In this document: positions 12,901-27,900 of the stretch, piece by piece
How the letters are laid out: each line of letters opens with the position of its first letter
How positions within the stretch are numbered: position 1 is the first letter of the stretch
Assembly (NCBI GenBank): GCA_964035545.1
Contig: OZ037767.1
Span: 879,680 to 943,679 of the forward strand
Reading direction: 5' to 3'
Source: Bugula neritina
Lineage: Eukaryota; Animalia; Bryozoa
DNA length: 64,000 nucleotides
The notes under the pieces: generated by a model
The model's database searches: none
The model's input: the letters and a program-made list of their open reading frames with translations, nothing else
Told to the model about the DNA's origin: nothing
Translations under genes and position numbers: made by a program

Positions 12901-15900
12901 ACTGGCCAGTAAACAATAGCAAGGTGAAATAGCATCTGCCAAGACTCCTCATTGATTGATTATCAGTCTCCCTTTGTCTCTCTGCTGATGTTCCTGCTTA
13001 CATGCCAGTTATAGTGAGCCAGCAGTCTGCGTTACCTTCATAATTCATGAGTACTGAATGAGTGCTGGTGTGGCAGATGTTCTAACTTGTCAATAATCTC
13101 TAAGGACTGCTCAGTTGGGTATCCATTAGAGACCTGAGAACTGAGTGTTGACCTGAGAGTGTTGACTAATAACTGAGTTAGAGTATTCACTAGTAACTGA
13201 GTTAGAGTATTCACTAGTAACTGAGTTAGAGTATTCACTAGTAACTGAGTTAGAGTATTCACTAGTAACTGAGTTAGAGTATTCACTAGTAACTGAGTTA
13301 GAGTATTCACTAGTAACTGAGTTAGAGTATTCACTAGTAACTGAGTTAGAGTATTGACTAATAACTGAGTGAAAGTATTGACTAATAACTGAGTCAAAGT
13401 ATTCACTAGTAACTGAGTCAAAGTATCGACTAGTAACTGAGTGAGACCATTAACTGATAACTGAGAACACTCAATGAACCCCCAGCCTAGTGATCTTACT
13501 ACTCATTGACTTATCACACCTTCTCATTCACTGGCAGATACATCATTACGAAATCTTGTACTCTCCTAGGGGAAGTCACAAGCTTCCTTGTTTGTTCAGT
13601 ATAAAGTGTGCTTGTTGCGTCAATCATTGCAATATTGTTTAATCTTTGCTCCTACCGATACCGCTCACCCAGATACCAGTATACAAGTATACACTAAATA
13701 ACTATCACCATACATCTTACAAGGTTGTAGTCACTATAGGGTGTACCCAATTCCTAAACATGATGTTCACACGAATATATCTTTTTGTCTTGATTAACTC
13801 ATATTTGATAATTATTTTGCAATCTTTCGTGTATTTTATTAGAAAGAAAAGCTAACTACTTTCAACTACTACTTTAATACTCTTTTCATAGTATGAACTA
13901 CATTTACTAAATTTCCATAGATATATTTTAGTCTGACTGCAACTGGTTCAAAAGAGTTAAATTTTAAATTTATAAGTTAAAACCTCTTCGCCTCAGCTCC
14001 AACCTTTCTCATCTCACTTCCTGTCAGTATACTTCCTTAGGTAATTTTATATTTAAAAATATTTATTGTCTCAACATTCTGTAATGTTCTTAACAATGAT
14101 GATTACCACAGCTTGTTCTGCTTCATACTCTTTGTTCCATTCTATCTTCTTTTTTAAAAAAAAGTGTTGGAAATTAACACTGACATTCTTTTGGTCATCT
14201 CTATTACTTTCAAAGGTTATTAATTACTAAAAAATATGTGTTTTGAGGGTGTTTACTGTAACCAAGGACGGAGTGGAATGCGTTGCTACATCTGCCACGC
14301 AATAGACTGAGTTATGTCACGTTTGCCAAGTATTTCGAGGTATCTAGGCCAGCCCTAACTCGTTTGTACTAGTCGCTAAATTCTGATGAAATGGAAGAGG
14401 CAGTGGGTACAAAGCGTGCATTGAGGGGCTGGCTAGGAGTCCAGGGTACGCCTTCCATGTTGCCTAGTTTGTTTGTGTAACTCAAGGCAATGCATTGGCA
14501 GAGCACCCAACAAATATTCAAGGAATGCATTGAGCTTTCAATCAACTTATGATCTTTGTTGTAACCGCTGAGATTGTAAAAAGCTTTTGTTCCGGTTGTT
14601 GTAGCTTCGGCAGCCATCTTGTTTATTTGGTATGTGCCTTCCACAAAGGTGGAAATCTTCATGGCAAACGTTATTCCAGTTAAGTTAGCTTCCTTTTACT
14701 AGTGTACTGTTAGTAGTATACTCTTAGTAGTGTACTGTTAGTAGTGTACTGTTAGTAGTGTACTGTTAGTAGTGTACTGTTACTAGTGTACTGTTAGTAG
14801 TGTACTGTTACTAGTGTACTGTTAGTAGTGTACTGTTAGTAGTGTACTGTTAGTAGTGTACTGTTAGTAGTGCACTTTGAGTTAATCTGTTCACTTCTCT
14901 CAATGAATTTATCTGCTAGGTGATTCATTTCTTGTAATTTAAGGAATTTTCTCATCTTTAAAAACAACACCTGTATGCCCATTACCTTGCCATACATAAG
15001 TTACATACAACATGGCCTTAGTTGATTTTTTAATCTAAATAAGTTTAAACTAAAGTATGAATTAGTGAGGACTGATGGCTTTAAAGTCTGGTAGATGTTG
15101 AAACTAGTTGCTCTTGAGTCTTGATCAAGAAGCTTCTACCTAGCTTTGCTGTGCCTCTAGCTGGATATTGATTGAGCCCACACGAATGTCACAGACCACT
15201 CTACTCATTGATTGAAACGAAACTGGCATTCAATCAAATTCCTGGCAATATACAAAAATAGAAGGCATTACGCAGTTGAAATATGCATCTGCAGCAACAC
15301 TGCTAAACCAACAATTCCATTTTGACTAATTGAGGGAACATTCCGGCAACAGGAAATGCATCACCAACATATACACCAGCTAGTTGGCACTAACTTGTGA
15401 TGTCCTGGTAACTAGCTAGTCCTGACATTTCATAAACTAATTGAACACAAAGCCTGTATCACCAGCTGCTGTACTTGCTCGGTATTTTGGTGACATTTGA
15501 GCTGGTGTTGTGGGTATAAATAGCCAGGACATTGTGTCTAGCGTGAGAGGCATGAATGAATGGAGGTATGGGGCAGGTTGATGATGGGTTAATGCCTGCT
15601 TTATCGTGGTACTGTGCTCAGCTGTGACAGGTTTTATCACTCCTATGATGGATGCCTTCTTAAATTCCGGAAGCTGTATTTACTCTGATTGGTCTCCTTA
15701 TTAGCATCCTGCAATATGATTGGATGATTACAGTTTTATGAATGAAGGTTGTTGAGTTCCGGTCTGTGCTAGGTAATGTTTGTGTTTAGCAACTACAGTC
15801 AACGACCCAACTGCGCATAATGAATATTTATTCAGTAGATTATGGTTACTAGTTATACACATAGTATTTCAGAATGATAAATTCTACCACACTATAAGTA

Positions 15901-18900
15901 TATACTTAGCCACATGTTGTGCTAAGGCATACAATATAGTCATTCAGTATTTGTGAAAGACTTCCAACAAGTTATTCAGCTGACAGTTGCTGATCCCAGT
16001 TACCATCTGCTGCTTCATCAGTTCAGTCACTACTACCTACAGTACTACTACCTACAGTACTACTACCTACACTACTACTACCTACACTACTACTACCTTC
16101 ACTACTACTACCTTCACTACTACTACCTTTACTACTACTACCTACAGTACTACTACCACTACCTTTACTACTACTACCTACAGTACTACTACCTACAGTA
16201 CTACTACCTACACTACTACTACCTTCACTACTACTACCTTCAGTACTACTACCTTCACTACTATTGCCTACAGTACTACTACCTACAGTACTACTACCTC
16301 CAGCTAGTACACGTGTCACAGTGTTACTCTGTCTGCTGCAGTTCCCAAAGAACCAGTGAAGTTGAAGCCCCGTGCCAAGGGCAGACCGAGCAAGAACTCG
16401 CTCTCCCCTCGCTATGGCGCTCAGTGCCCCATCTGCGGCAAGACTTTCAACAACTCCAGCGCTCTCGCCAAACACAAACTCACTCACAGTGACGAGAGGA
16501 AGTACGTGTGTCAGCTGTGTTCTAAGGCTTTCAAGAGACAGGATCACCTGTAAGTAGGACAACTCCCACTACCTCACACTCTGTCATGTGTTATGTAATA
16601 TGTGTTGATTTGTTGAATTTAGGATTTATTTTCAGGCGCAGTAGCTCCAATATTTTCTAGTTATATGTTTTTCTGTGTTGAGTATAATATCAAACAGACA
16701 GCAGTGAATGTAGGTCAGCTGTGAATGTAGGTCAGCTGTGAATGTAGGTCAGCAGTGAATGTAGGTCAGCTGTGAATGTAGGTCAGCTGTGATGAAATTA
16801 GTCCATATTATTTGTCCGTTCACTTCCTGTGAGTAGTGAAGGCAGGGAATTCCCTGAGGTGCTTCCATCCATGGTCTGAGGAAACTTGAGTCCCAGTAAA
16901 CCTCGTAGATAGTCTATTTATACACTCCCTTTACAATAACAACCTGGAAACTTGATGAACTGCACTTTATACGTCAATAACAATTATAGTCACTCCCTCT
17001 CTACGTTATCTGCCAACTGGTATGTTTAGCCTTCCTACTAGTGTTGGGTGCAGTTGCTTTCACCTCCCTTCCTACTAGTGTTGGGTGCAGTTGCTTTCAC
17101 CTCCCTTCTCTTGTAGAAACGGTCACATGATGACTCACAGAAGTAAGAAGCCGTTTGAATGTGGCTTCGAGCAGTGCAGCAAGAGTTACTGTGACGCTAG
17201 GTCTCTGAGGCGCCATCTGGAGAACCACCACAACGTGCCCACAGACACGCTCTACGACATGTCCATCAGCAACTACACAAACACCAACGGTTCGTTCTCC
17301 TATCTATCTCTCCAAACTACCTCCCTAATACAGCTGAGTGCAGCTAGCTAGGTACAACTAGCTAGGTACACCACATTATAGTACCAGCTGTATGACTCAT
17401 GCTGATTGTAGGAACTGTGTACCACCAGGGTTTTCCCAGTGACCCATCCTCTCCGTCTCCTCACGCGTCACCCAGTTACCCCAACATACCAGGGCAGCAG
17501 TTCTTCAGGTTCGATTCAGGTCATCCGTCCTCAGACGGGGGTCAGCCCTTCATATTCAGGTGAGTCATCACTCCTGCATCTACAGCAGTCCCAGAACTCT
17601 CTGCACTGTCCCAGAATTCTCTGTACTGTCCCAGAGTTCTCTGCACTGTCCCAGAATTCTCTGCACTGTCCCAGAACTCTCTGTACTGTCCCAGAATTCT
17701 CTGCACAGCTCTACAGTTCTCTTATATTGACAGTGAGAGTACGCAGCCTGCAGAGTGCACCATCTGTCACAAGAGATTCAAGAATCTGCCAGCGTTGAAT
17801 GGTCACATGAGGCTCCACGGAGGTTACGTCAACGTCAAGAAGCCGGTAAGTGTCCCCTCTAATATGCTGCCTTCACTTCCTGCTGCCTTGTGAAATATTC
17901 CCTCTAGCAGTCTAAGTTGCTATATTTAGTTGTGCTATTGGTATAAATGTAGCAAGCATACATGATATATAGAAATGTGGTTGGTGTAAGATTATTATCA
18001 ATGTGGACATATAATACATGGGAATAAAAATGTAGAAATAGTGTGCAGCTGTAACAGTTGCTGATAACAGGGTTGGGGTCAATTACATGTAAATGTAATT
18101 AATTACAATTACAATTACATGAAGATTTGTCAATTACAATTACAATTATAATTACAGTTGAAAATAAATGTAATTAATTACAATTACAATTACATGGCAA
18201 TGTAATTAATTACAATTACAATTACTTTTGTTCTCGCAAGGAATAAATAGAAGTTACTTCTAGGGTCCAACTACCAGCGGCAATGGTGAACCTCTTTTGT
18301 TTTCTACAGTGATACTATTATGTCATTCCATACCAAATCAACCAACTTTCAAGGAGTCCCACATCTTTGTGTCTCAGATTTTGCTCATATTTACACTAAA
18401 TGGACCTACACATGTTCAGATTACCATTCGTGAATATTTCTGGCCTGACACAAAAACATTTTGAGAAATTACTACTTTGGTGAACAAAGGTTGGAAAATT
18501 TGTGATTTATACTTTTAGACCAATTTATATGTAATTTAAAATTTGATTAGGCGAGTATTTGAAATTTTTCAAAATTTACAAAGATTTGTTCATATTCAAT
18601 GATTTTGCATATATGCACACAAAGTATTCTGTAGTATGTGTTGCTACTAGTGCAAATTGTTGGGTATTATCAAATCACAGCAAATTTTAAGGCTCAGTCT
18701 GGAAAATTGATTGAGATATAGACGTTTATAGATTAGTCTAAAAATAGAAATCACAAATTTTCCTCAAAATGTTTCTCAACTTTTGTCCACAAAAGTAGTC
18801 AGTTCTCAAAAAAATTTTTGTGTCAGGTCAGAAATACTGAAGAAGAGTACTTGAGGCATGTGTAGGTCTATTTGGTGTAAACATTAACAAAATCTGAGAC

Positions 18901-21900
18901 GCAAATAGACGCGGGCAATTCGGTGAGCTGGCATGGAATGACCCTACTATATTGACCTAACTATCTGAACTTGTTATTTAACAGTAGGCATTGTAGAAAA
19001 AGGAGTTTTTTAAGATTTAAAAGTTTGAAGTAATTGACATGTAATTATAAAGTAATTGTAAAAATCAATTACATTAGATATGTAATTAATTACAATTACA
19101 ATTACAATTACATTTTTAAACCTCAATTACAAATTACATTCAATTACTTGAAAAAATGTAATTAATTACAGCCAATTACAATTACAAATTACAATTACCC
19201 CAACCCTGGCTGATAATGACACGTGTCATCCCTGAAGGAGGTTGGTATGTTACAATGGTGTAGCTATTCAGTCTCTGCTTTAACCTTGAACCAGTCTGTC
19301 CATGAATAATGTAGGATATACTTGAATAATTGAAATTATTGCTATGCTAGGTGGTTGCCATGTTTACATGGTGATGCTGCATAGTATAGCACTTCATCTC
19401 TACGTACTATAGCATTTCATCTCTACATACTATAGCATTTCATCTCTACATACTATAGCATTTCATCTCTACATACTATAGCATTTCATCTCTACATATA
19501 ATAGCACTTCATCTCTACGTACTATAGCACTTCATCTCTACATACTATAGTACTTCATCTCTACATACTATAGCATTTCTTCTCTACATACTATAGCACT
19601 TCATCTCTACATACTATAGCATTTCTTCTCTACATACTATAGCATTTCATCTCTACATACTATAGCATTTCATCTCTACATACTATAGTACTTCATCTCT
19701 ACATACTATAGCATTTCATCTCTGCATAGTATAGCATTTCATCTCTACATACTATAGCATTTCATCTCTACATACTATAGCATTTCATCTCTACATACTA
19801 TAGCATTTCATCTCTACATACTATAGCATTTCATCTCTACATACTATAGTACTTCATCTCTACATACTATAGCATTTCATCTCTGCATAGTATAGCATTT
19901 CATCTCTACATACTATAGCATTTCATCTCTACATACTATAGCATTTCATCTCTACATACTATAGCATTTCATCTCTACATAGTATAGCACTTCATCTCTA
20001 CATACTATAGCATTTCATCTTTACATACTATAGCATTTCATCTCTACATATTATAATAGCATGTCTATTAAGCTCTAGCTGAAAACTTGAATTCTCCAAA
20101 CTTGTTACTTCCAGCTCTAGCAGCCTTCATTCAGCCTTCATTCGGCCTTCATTCGGCCTTCATTCAGCCTTAATTCAGTGTTGTGTAACAAGAGCAGATA
20201 ATTCTCAAGTCACAAATAATACTCTCCTGTAATGTTTCATATTCACAACACTTTTGTTGCTAAATGTTTTGTCTACCCTTCAGGTTATTTATTATGCAGG
20301 CAGCATAATATAACCTTTCTCCAGGGTCACTTGTACTTGTGCACCCTTACACAAGGTCACATGTGTTGTGGCATACCAAAATGAGTTGGTTTCCCAGTTG
20401 AGATGTTTGTTATGTAGTCAGCTGGCCATGTCACTGCTATATTTAGAGTTGCTGACCTTGCCTCTAGGCACATTCTGTCCGTGCCATACACTACTCCTCT
20501 GTCCAACTCTCACTCACTCTCACTGTGGTGTAGGGAATACTGCAGTGTTGTGTGTAGTTTGGAGTTATCTTCCTAGTTGTTTGTATTGATATGTAACTAC
20601 AACAGCAGATAGAAAATTAAAAGCTATTGCGATGTCTGCCAACAGCTCACTGAGTTCTTCACACATTATACACCCACACAGAGAGCATAGCAGAGGGCTG
20701 TGTAAATGTTAATAGAAACATTCCACTAGTTGTCTTGTATTATAATGGTACTAGTATTCTAGTATATGCATTGGTTTAGGAGTTATCCTCTCATATGCCC
20801 AGTTTTTCATTCTGATAGACTGTTCCTATTGATCTAATCACGTGACAACATTGTGCATTCTACCTATGTTTTGTTACATAAAGCCTCACCTGTCCCCTCA
20901 CCTGTCTCAGGTCTGTGCTGTTCAGGTAGCTGGTTACATAAGTAATGATTATTTAAAATATGCCTACTTATAGTCCAATATATGCAGTGGTTTGTATGTT
21001 GTGTATTTATACCATGAAATACTGCTAATAGATGAACCAGCAGGGTGAAATACCAACCAGGAACAGTCTGAAGACATTTGCCTTGCAGTATTGCTTATAG
21101 TTTGATATATCTGATTCAGGGATAATTATTTGAGTGTAATTCTACTTTGTTATATAATTTAATTTATTATTGATTAATTTATTATATTTTGATTCAAAGT
21201 AATTTTTAAATGCATTTTATTTAAATTTAATAGTAATTAATTTAATGAGCTAATTTTATTCTTCTTTCTACTGTTTCTGCTATTTGTTTTGTGTGAACAG
21301 CCCCCAGTGCCTCTACCATCTTAAGTGGCGCAATATAAACTTTTATTCCAACTTAAAATCCTATCTGGTCTCAAACCTTTAAGTAATATTCTAGGATGCA
21401 CTGGCTTATGAAAACCCATCACTTTCTGCTTTTAAACTAAGACACACAATTTGTGTAAACACTTCACCTGTTATACATGCTGTAGCAGGTGACTGTTATA
21501 CCATGGCATGCAGTAGCAGGTGACTGTTATACCGTGGCATGCAGTAGCAGGTGACTGTTACCATGGCATACAGTAGCAGGTGACTGTTATACCATGCCAT
21601 GCAATGGCGGGTGACTGTTATACCATGGCATGCAGTAGCAGGTTACTGTTATACCATGGCATGCAGTAGCAGGTAACTGTTATACCATGGCATGCAGTAG
21701 CAGGTGACTGAATAGCAATGCTGATGGAAGAACAGATAGTAATCTGGGAGGTATTGTTAGACTATCATATGAATAAAAGATAACATAGAGATATGACAGC
21801 CAGTACTTGACTGTTACATGCTGTGTATATCGCCCACTTCCTAGTTGTCAACTTACCAGCTTATTGGGTAGTTTATTGGGTAGTTAAGGATAGATGTAGC

Positions 21901-24900
21901 TGTTGAAAGCTGAGGTTAACCCTATGCTCACCAGATTGAAGAATTATGTAGCTAATGTTTGTGCATTTATTCCATCTGTTTGGGGGGGTACTGATTTGAG
22001 TGTTTAAAATATAATACAGCGCACGTCTGGTAAAATAGAGTACAAGAGTGTCAGGTGGTTAATGTATATTCTAATGCAACTCTATGTATTATATTCTATA
22101 CTTAGTGATGACTGGGTAAAAGCACCAGCAATCAATACTACCGCACTGGTTACCACTTGTACCTCGGGAGTTGCTATTCCTCTGAATGGCTCTCATCTCA
22201 CTCTTGCAAAGTTACTAGTTATAAACTGCATCTACTCTGTGGAGTTGTTTTCTCTTGATTCCAAAGGTTTCCGTGACTTCACAAGTTATAAAGCTGCTAG
22301 ACTCGTGTTTCTGAATACGCATCTTTTTTGGAAATTTAGAGTTGAACTTTTAGAGGTTTGTAGGGGTTGTGTTTTGGTATTCACACGATTACTATGAGGG
22401 GAAACCAGTAAATTTTCTAACCTACCAACCACCTAGCATACGGGCTCTGTGGGCAAATAGCTTATAGCATATAGGTTAGCCTCATCTCAACCATACAAGA
22501 TTAAGGCCTCACTGGACAATGACATTAATTTAAATATTCAAAAGTAAATAATTTGTCTTTTCTTTTAAATTGCTAGCTTCTGACCAAAGTAATAATATTG
22601 TAGTTTTTGGTGCATACTCTATACCAGCAATTTCCTGACCTTGTTATGCATTACTGTGAACTTGGTAGGAGTGACTGGGGACTGTTGCATAGCTCTTGTG
22701 TCTTAGCATCCCGGCACCCAGCTTTGCATTAGTGTACATAATCCTGCCAAATATGCCAGGCCGTTTGACTAGTTGGTATCTATACGTGCTATTATATAGC
22801 ATAGGTGTAGGTCATTGGCCAAGCTTATAATGTTATGTAATAGGTCTATTGAGTACTGGGTTGCATGTCTCCCAGAATCATAGCTACCCCTGGGCTACAA
22901 TTATGGTTATCAGCACATTACTATGACTGATTTTGAAAGTTTTGCTATTTGAAGTTAAAGAATTTGGGCTATACTCTATTTGAAAGAAGTTAGTATGGCC
23001 ATTGAACTATATCCCCTAATTATAATTTCAGTTCAGTGAGCATGGCACCCCAGGACGTCCATATTTATGCTGCATAATTTCCATTGCGCGGCGTTTGTAT
23101 GTCGTTCCTTGTTAGCTCCTCTCCTCCACTACCATTGTTCTGAAATTGCGGCGTGTTATTGGTCTATTTACTAGCTCCGCCCAAATTCTCTGCACGCTTT
23201 GCAGCTTGCACTGATAGTTAAATTGAGATTAGAAGCTAGTTCGCCACCAACTTGTTCAGATTGGTTCAACTTGACTTCGGGTGCAACTGGTATTTATAAC
23301 TAAAACAGTTTTTGGAATGTCATTAGCGCTACTGTATTAGACACCAATACCAAAGTAAATCTTTTAATGATAATAGTAGCGGATCAACCTATTCATACTG
23401 ATATTCATGTAGTTATACTCGATCACAATCGGTCTCAGTGAATACTGATCAAGATATTCATAATTTAAATTAATAAGATGAAAGTCAAGAGCGACGGTGA
23501 GTGTATAGCTGTTTCCTATTAGATTTTAAATTAATAATGCATTCGACTTTATTCTTCGTGATGATTATAATGTCCACAATTTAAAGTATCTAAAGTCTAA
23601 ACGATTGTTCAAATTGCAAATTGAAGTTTAGTGCTTTGAATACTGTATTCAAAATCAATCATCGATGGTCCGCGTCAGTCATTGCATTCATCATAGTTAC
23701 TCGCTTGTCTAGAAATATATATTTTTATTTATATTAATATTCTGTTGTATCGCACTAATACTAGTTTCTTAATTTAGTTTGCTATCAGTATCAGTGTAAA
23801 TAGCGTATTAATAGCGATATTATTCTGTTGAATTCTCCAGCATTTTTGCCTAAAAGTTGCAATTGCGTTATAAATGTGGTTAGTTTGAGTAACTTTACCG
23901 CCATTGCCTGTTAGCAGAAACAGTCAAACGCGCATAGCACTTATTCGAAGGCAATAGATTTACGGTTGTTTACCACAAGTCAGTTCATCATGCGGTTTGG
24001 TGAGCCAGCTTTGAAGTGGGCTAGTTGAGTAGGCCAGACCCACTGTTGTTTCCTATTCATGCAAACTCAACTCATGGGAGAGGGCTCAGCTTAGCTGGCA
24101 TGATATGGAAAGTGTATTATTTCAGACTGCTTGTTAAACACTATTTCATTGTCTTGTGATAAGGGAAATGTTTTATTTGAAATTGTCCTCAGAGTAGCCA
24201 CCATGTAGCAATTATGAGTTTGACTTAGTGTGACTACTACTAGTAGTACGAGTGGACATCCTGCCATGCAGTCACTTTGCTGCGCGTGTCACGGTTGACT
24301 TGCTAATTGCCGTTTTCTGCTCATGTTAGATGAGACATTACTGATCCCCTCTCCTATGCCTCACCACTGCCTGCGTACGCCACTCACTGCCTGTATCAAC
24401 TACTTTAGGCCAGCAAACAAAGCCAAGTATTGTTTCATTCTTCGAGGAACTCAAATTTCAGTCCCCACTTTGTCCGCCTGCAGTGCATTGTGCAGTGCAT
24501 TTTGGGTGGCTGTGCAGTGCATTGTGGGTGCCGTGAGCTGCAACTAGATGGTGGTGTTGGAGCAACGAGTACCTAGACTTATTGATTATTGGTTGTCTAT
24601 TCTTGTGGCTGCTAGCTATCAGTCTGTCCATCACTGCTGACTACGACATTTTCTACATGCTAGTCATTCCTTGTGGTTGAACTATTAGCATGAGTATAAC
24701 TTGTATACCCTGTGGACAGATGGAGCTCTCCCACCTGTGCGCCATCTCATCTCTCTCTGTAATAGTTGAGGATAATAGTGCTAGTTTGGCTTGCCATGAC
24801 AAGTTGCACCCTCCCCTCCCCTCAGCTGGCTATGTTACACTATAGCTATACAGCCTTCTCTGTATAGCTATAGTGTAACATGATGTCTTGTATCAAGTGT

Positions 24901-27900
24901 GGTTATGCCCTTCCCCTAGTATGTAATGTATTTTTCATGCCTGCCACTCCAGGAAGTATTGCAAACAATACAGTAAGATAAAGTGGTAGAGGGCAACTCC
25001 CATTCACTGCTGTGTATACTGCATATATACAGTATGATAACTAGTGTACACCATATATATAAGGTATTATAACTACAGTGTATACTATATATAAGATATT
25101 ATAACTTGTGTAGCGTCTAGTTATTTATTTTCATAGCATTTTCTGGAATATTTATTTCAATGCAGATTCACAACAAACAACTGCAGCCTTTTTCTATAAA
25201 ACTGTTAAGGCCTGGCCACACACTCGCGAGATACACACAAAATTAGTGTGAATATTGTCGTGAGTTATCCTCTTGTTATGACCAGCCACAGCCGTGGTAG
25301 AAATGAAATAATCACTGTTGCTAAAATTACATTGACCAATCAAATGGTGCTTATCGTCTTCCGTGTTTGCTGGGTGCACCCACGATTCGTATGAATTTCC
25401 ACAAATTTGATTGTACGTTTGTGTTTGTGTTTGTGATTCTCGCGAGTGTGTGGCCAGGCCTTTATCCATATTTTGTATGTTGATTTGCTGGCCCTAAGTT
25501 TATGTGCTGCCTCTTGCATAACTGTGTGTTGATTACTCAGTGGGTGTCTAGCATTTCTTTCCTTTGTTGGCTACACTGGAGCTACACCTGGATTGGTGGA
25601 GTTGAAAGCTGGCTGTGAACAATAGAAAGCCATCATTATACTGTCCCTAGCTTTCTCCCAGCTTAGAGTAATCCGATAATTATGGTCCAAATAGCTGCAC
25701 CTACTCTGCTAATGGCTGGCAATTTCTCTCAGCTGTTACATAACTTCATTCAAATTGAGCAGTTAGAGCTTACCATTGTGTGGACATCTAGCAAGGTATC
25801 TCCACCCTGTTCTCTGTGCAGTGTGATTATTGTCTGTGACACTCTTGCAGGAAGGTGAAGGTAAAGCCGTGAAATCAGAGAGCAGCTTAGAAGGAAGTGG
25901 TACTAAACGGCAGCACACACAACCTGGTGGTTCGGCAGCTAGTAAGACTTTCTCACCTGCCAGCACTCCTCCCTCCAGATTGACAGCCCAGAACTTGTTG
26001 GCTCTGAACAACAAGTACAGCATGGAGCAGAGCTCACTCTCTCTCTCCTCCCCCACCTCGGCTGGCGACTCTGTCAGCCAGTCTAATGTCAACCAGAACA
26101 ACAACCAGGGAAACGTTAGGCAGGGCGGCGACGGAACTCTCCCGCCACCATACTATGGTCCGGCGCTCCACCTCAACACTTCGTCGTCGTCCGAGCCGAT
26201 CCCAGCTTTCCACTCGTTGACCAGCCAATTGCATCTGGGTCAGCAGCAGCAGCAGCAGCAGAGGTTTCTCACTGACCAGCTATTGCTCCTGCACCAGCAG
26301 CATCTGCAGAGACAGTTACCAGGGGTTGTCCTCGGGTCAATGGGAGCCGTAGGTCTTAACCCGCAACCCATCACCTTCCCTAACCTTGGCTTGCTGCCGC
26401 CAGACCACCTGGCAGACATGAGAGCCCGTGCTGACAGTTTCCACAGCAGCATCTTCCTTAACAGTCCAGCCAGCAAGACCAGCGAGATCTCTCAGGAGAG
26501 GGTCGTGACCCCTCAGAGGGGGAGAGAACTCCTCGCTATCAGCTCGTCTGCTGTATCTCCTCACCAACACACGGAGACAGCGATGTCACACCAACACACG
26601 GAGACAGCTATGTCACACCAACACACGGAGACAGCTATGTCACACCAACACACAGAGACAGCGATGTCACACCAACACACAGAGGAAGTGATGTCACACC
26701 AACAACCAGATCATAATGACAGTGAAGTTTCACAGATAAATGGGGGAGACAACCCCCTGCTACAGTCGCAACCCCCTGAGGCGCAGGAAGAGGATGCAGC
26801 TCATAAAAAGAGACACGCCAGCGCTCCTAACGATGCCAGGAACTCCCTCAATTCAGGTACTACTCACTGTGTACTACTCACTGTGTACTACTCACTGTGT
26901 ATACTACTCACTGTGTACTACTCACTTTATACTACTCACTGTGCATTATTCACTGTGCATTATTCACTGTGCAATGCTAACTGCTTTCTATGTAGTATTA
27001 GTCAAGTAGGAGGGGTACAGTTGCGTGCCCCACTAGCAATGATAACTTCTGCATGCCCATTGGTTATCAGCCGTAGCTGCTATTATCCAATAGCCTTTTG
27101 TATTACGCAAACTTGGCATAGTTGAGTGTGAAAGGCGATTGTGATTAGCTGTTTGTGTGCAGAGGTGCCTGTTCCCGAGGGTATTGATAGTCACCCGAGT
27201 AGTCAGTGATGCGTGTAGGTCTACTCACTGCACGTACGTAGCCTGGATAGGTAGCCATGTTGGTTATCCTAGTAGTACTAGTAACACACTCGCCGCCTAG
27301 TTCGCCCTACTAGTTCACTCGCCATTGTACGACCACCTTTACCGGGTGCTACTGCGGTATTGTTGAGCACTGCCCCGGTACAAGGTCGAGTGTGATTAGT
27401 AAAGTTTTATAGTCCTATTGTTCTCACTATGGAATATATACCTACCACAACTGGTCTAAAGAATAGATACGTAAACCCTTGGTTTTTTCATTCCACTTCT
27501 CAGCTCATTGGTATGTAAAAGTTATATGTTCACAGTACTAGTAGCACTAGTAGTAGTAGTAGTAGTACTAGTAGTACTAGTACTACTACTACTACTACTA
27601 GTAGTAGTAGTACTACTACTAGTAGTAGTACTAGTAGTAGTAGTACTACTACTAGCAAAGTTACGGTGTTGCTGTTTTGAGTGCTTTGTTATACTTATCA
27701 CTAACACTATGACTGTCAGTATCAGTCTGGGACTCTAAGTTTCAATTTAGCTCTAGAAGTTGTATTTTGTCTGCTAGTAGTATTCTTGCACCACACACTT
27801 GGTATGGTTACAGGGTAACACTAATACTAATACTAACACTATCCTACAGCTTACCAAACTCTCCGCTAGCAAGAAACTAGTTCTGTTGCTATATAGCCTC

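Noticed and set aside
14369-14662. 97-aa minus-strand ORF, possible nested gene or TE remnant
   Set aside because: No recognisable motif, partner exons, TIRs or TSD.
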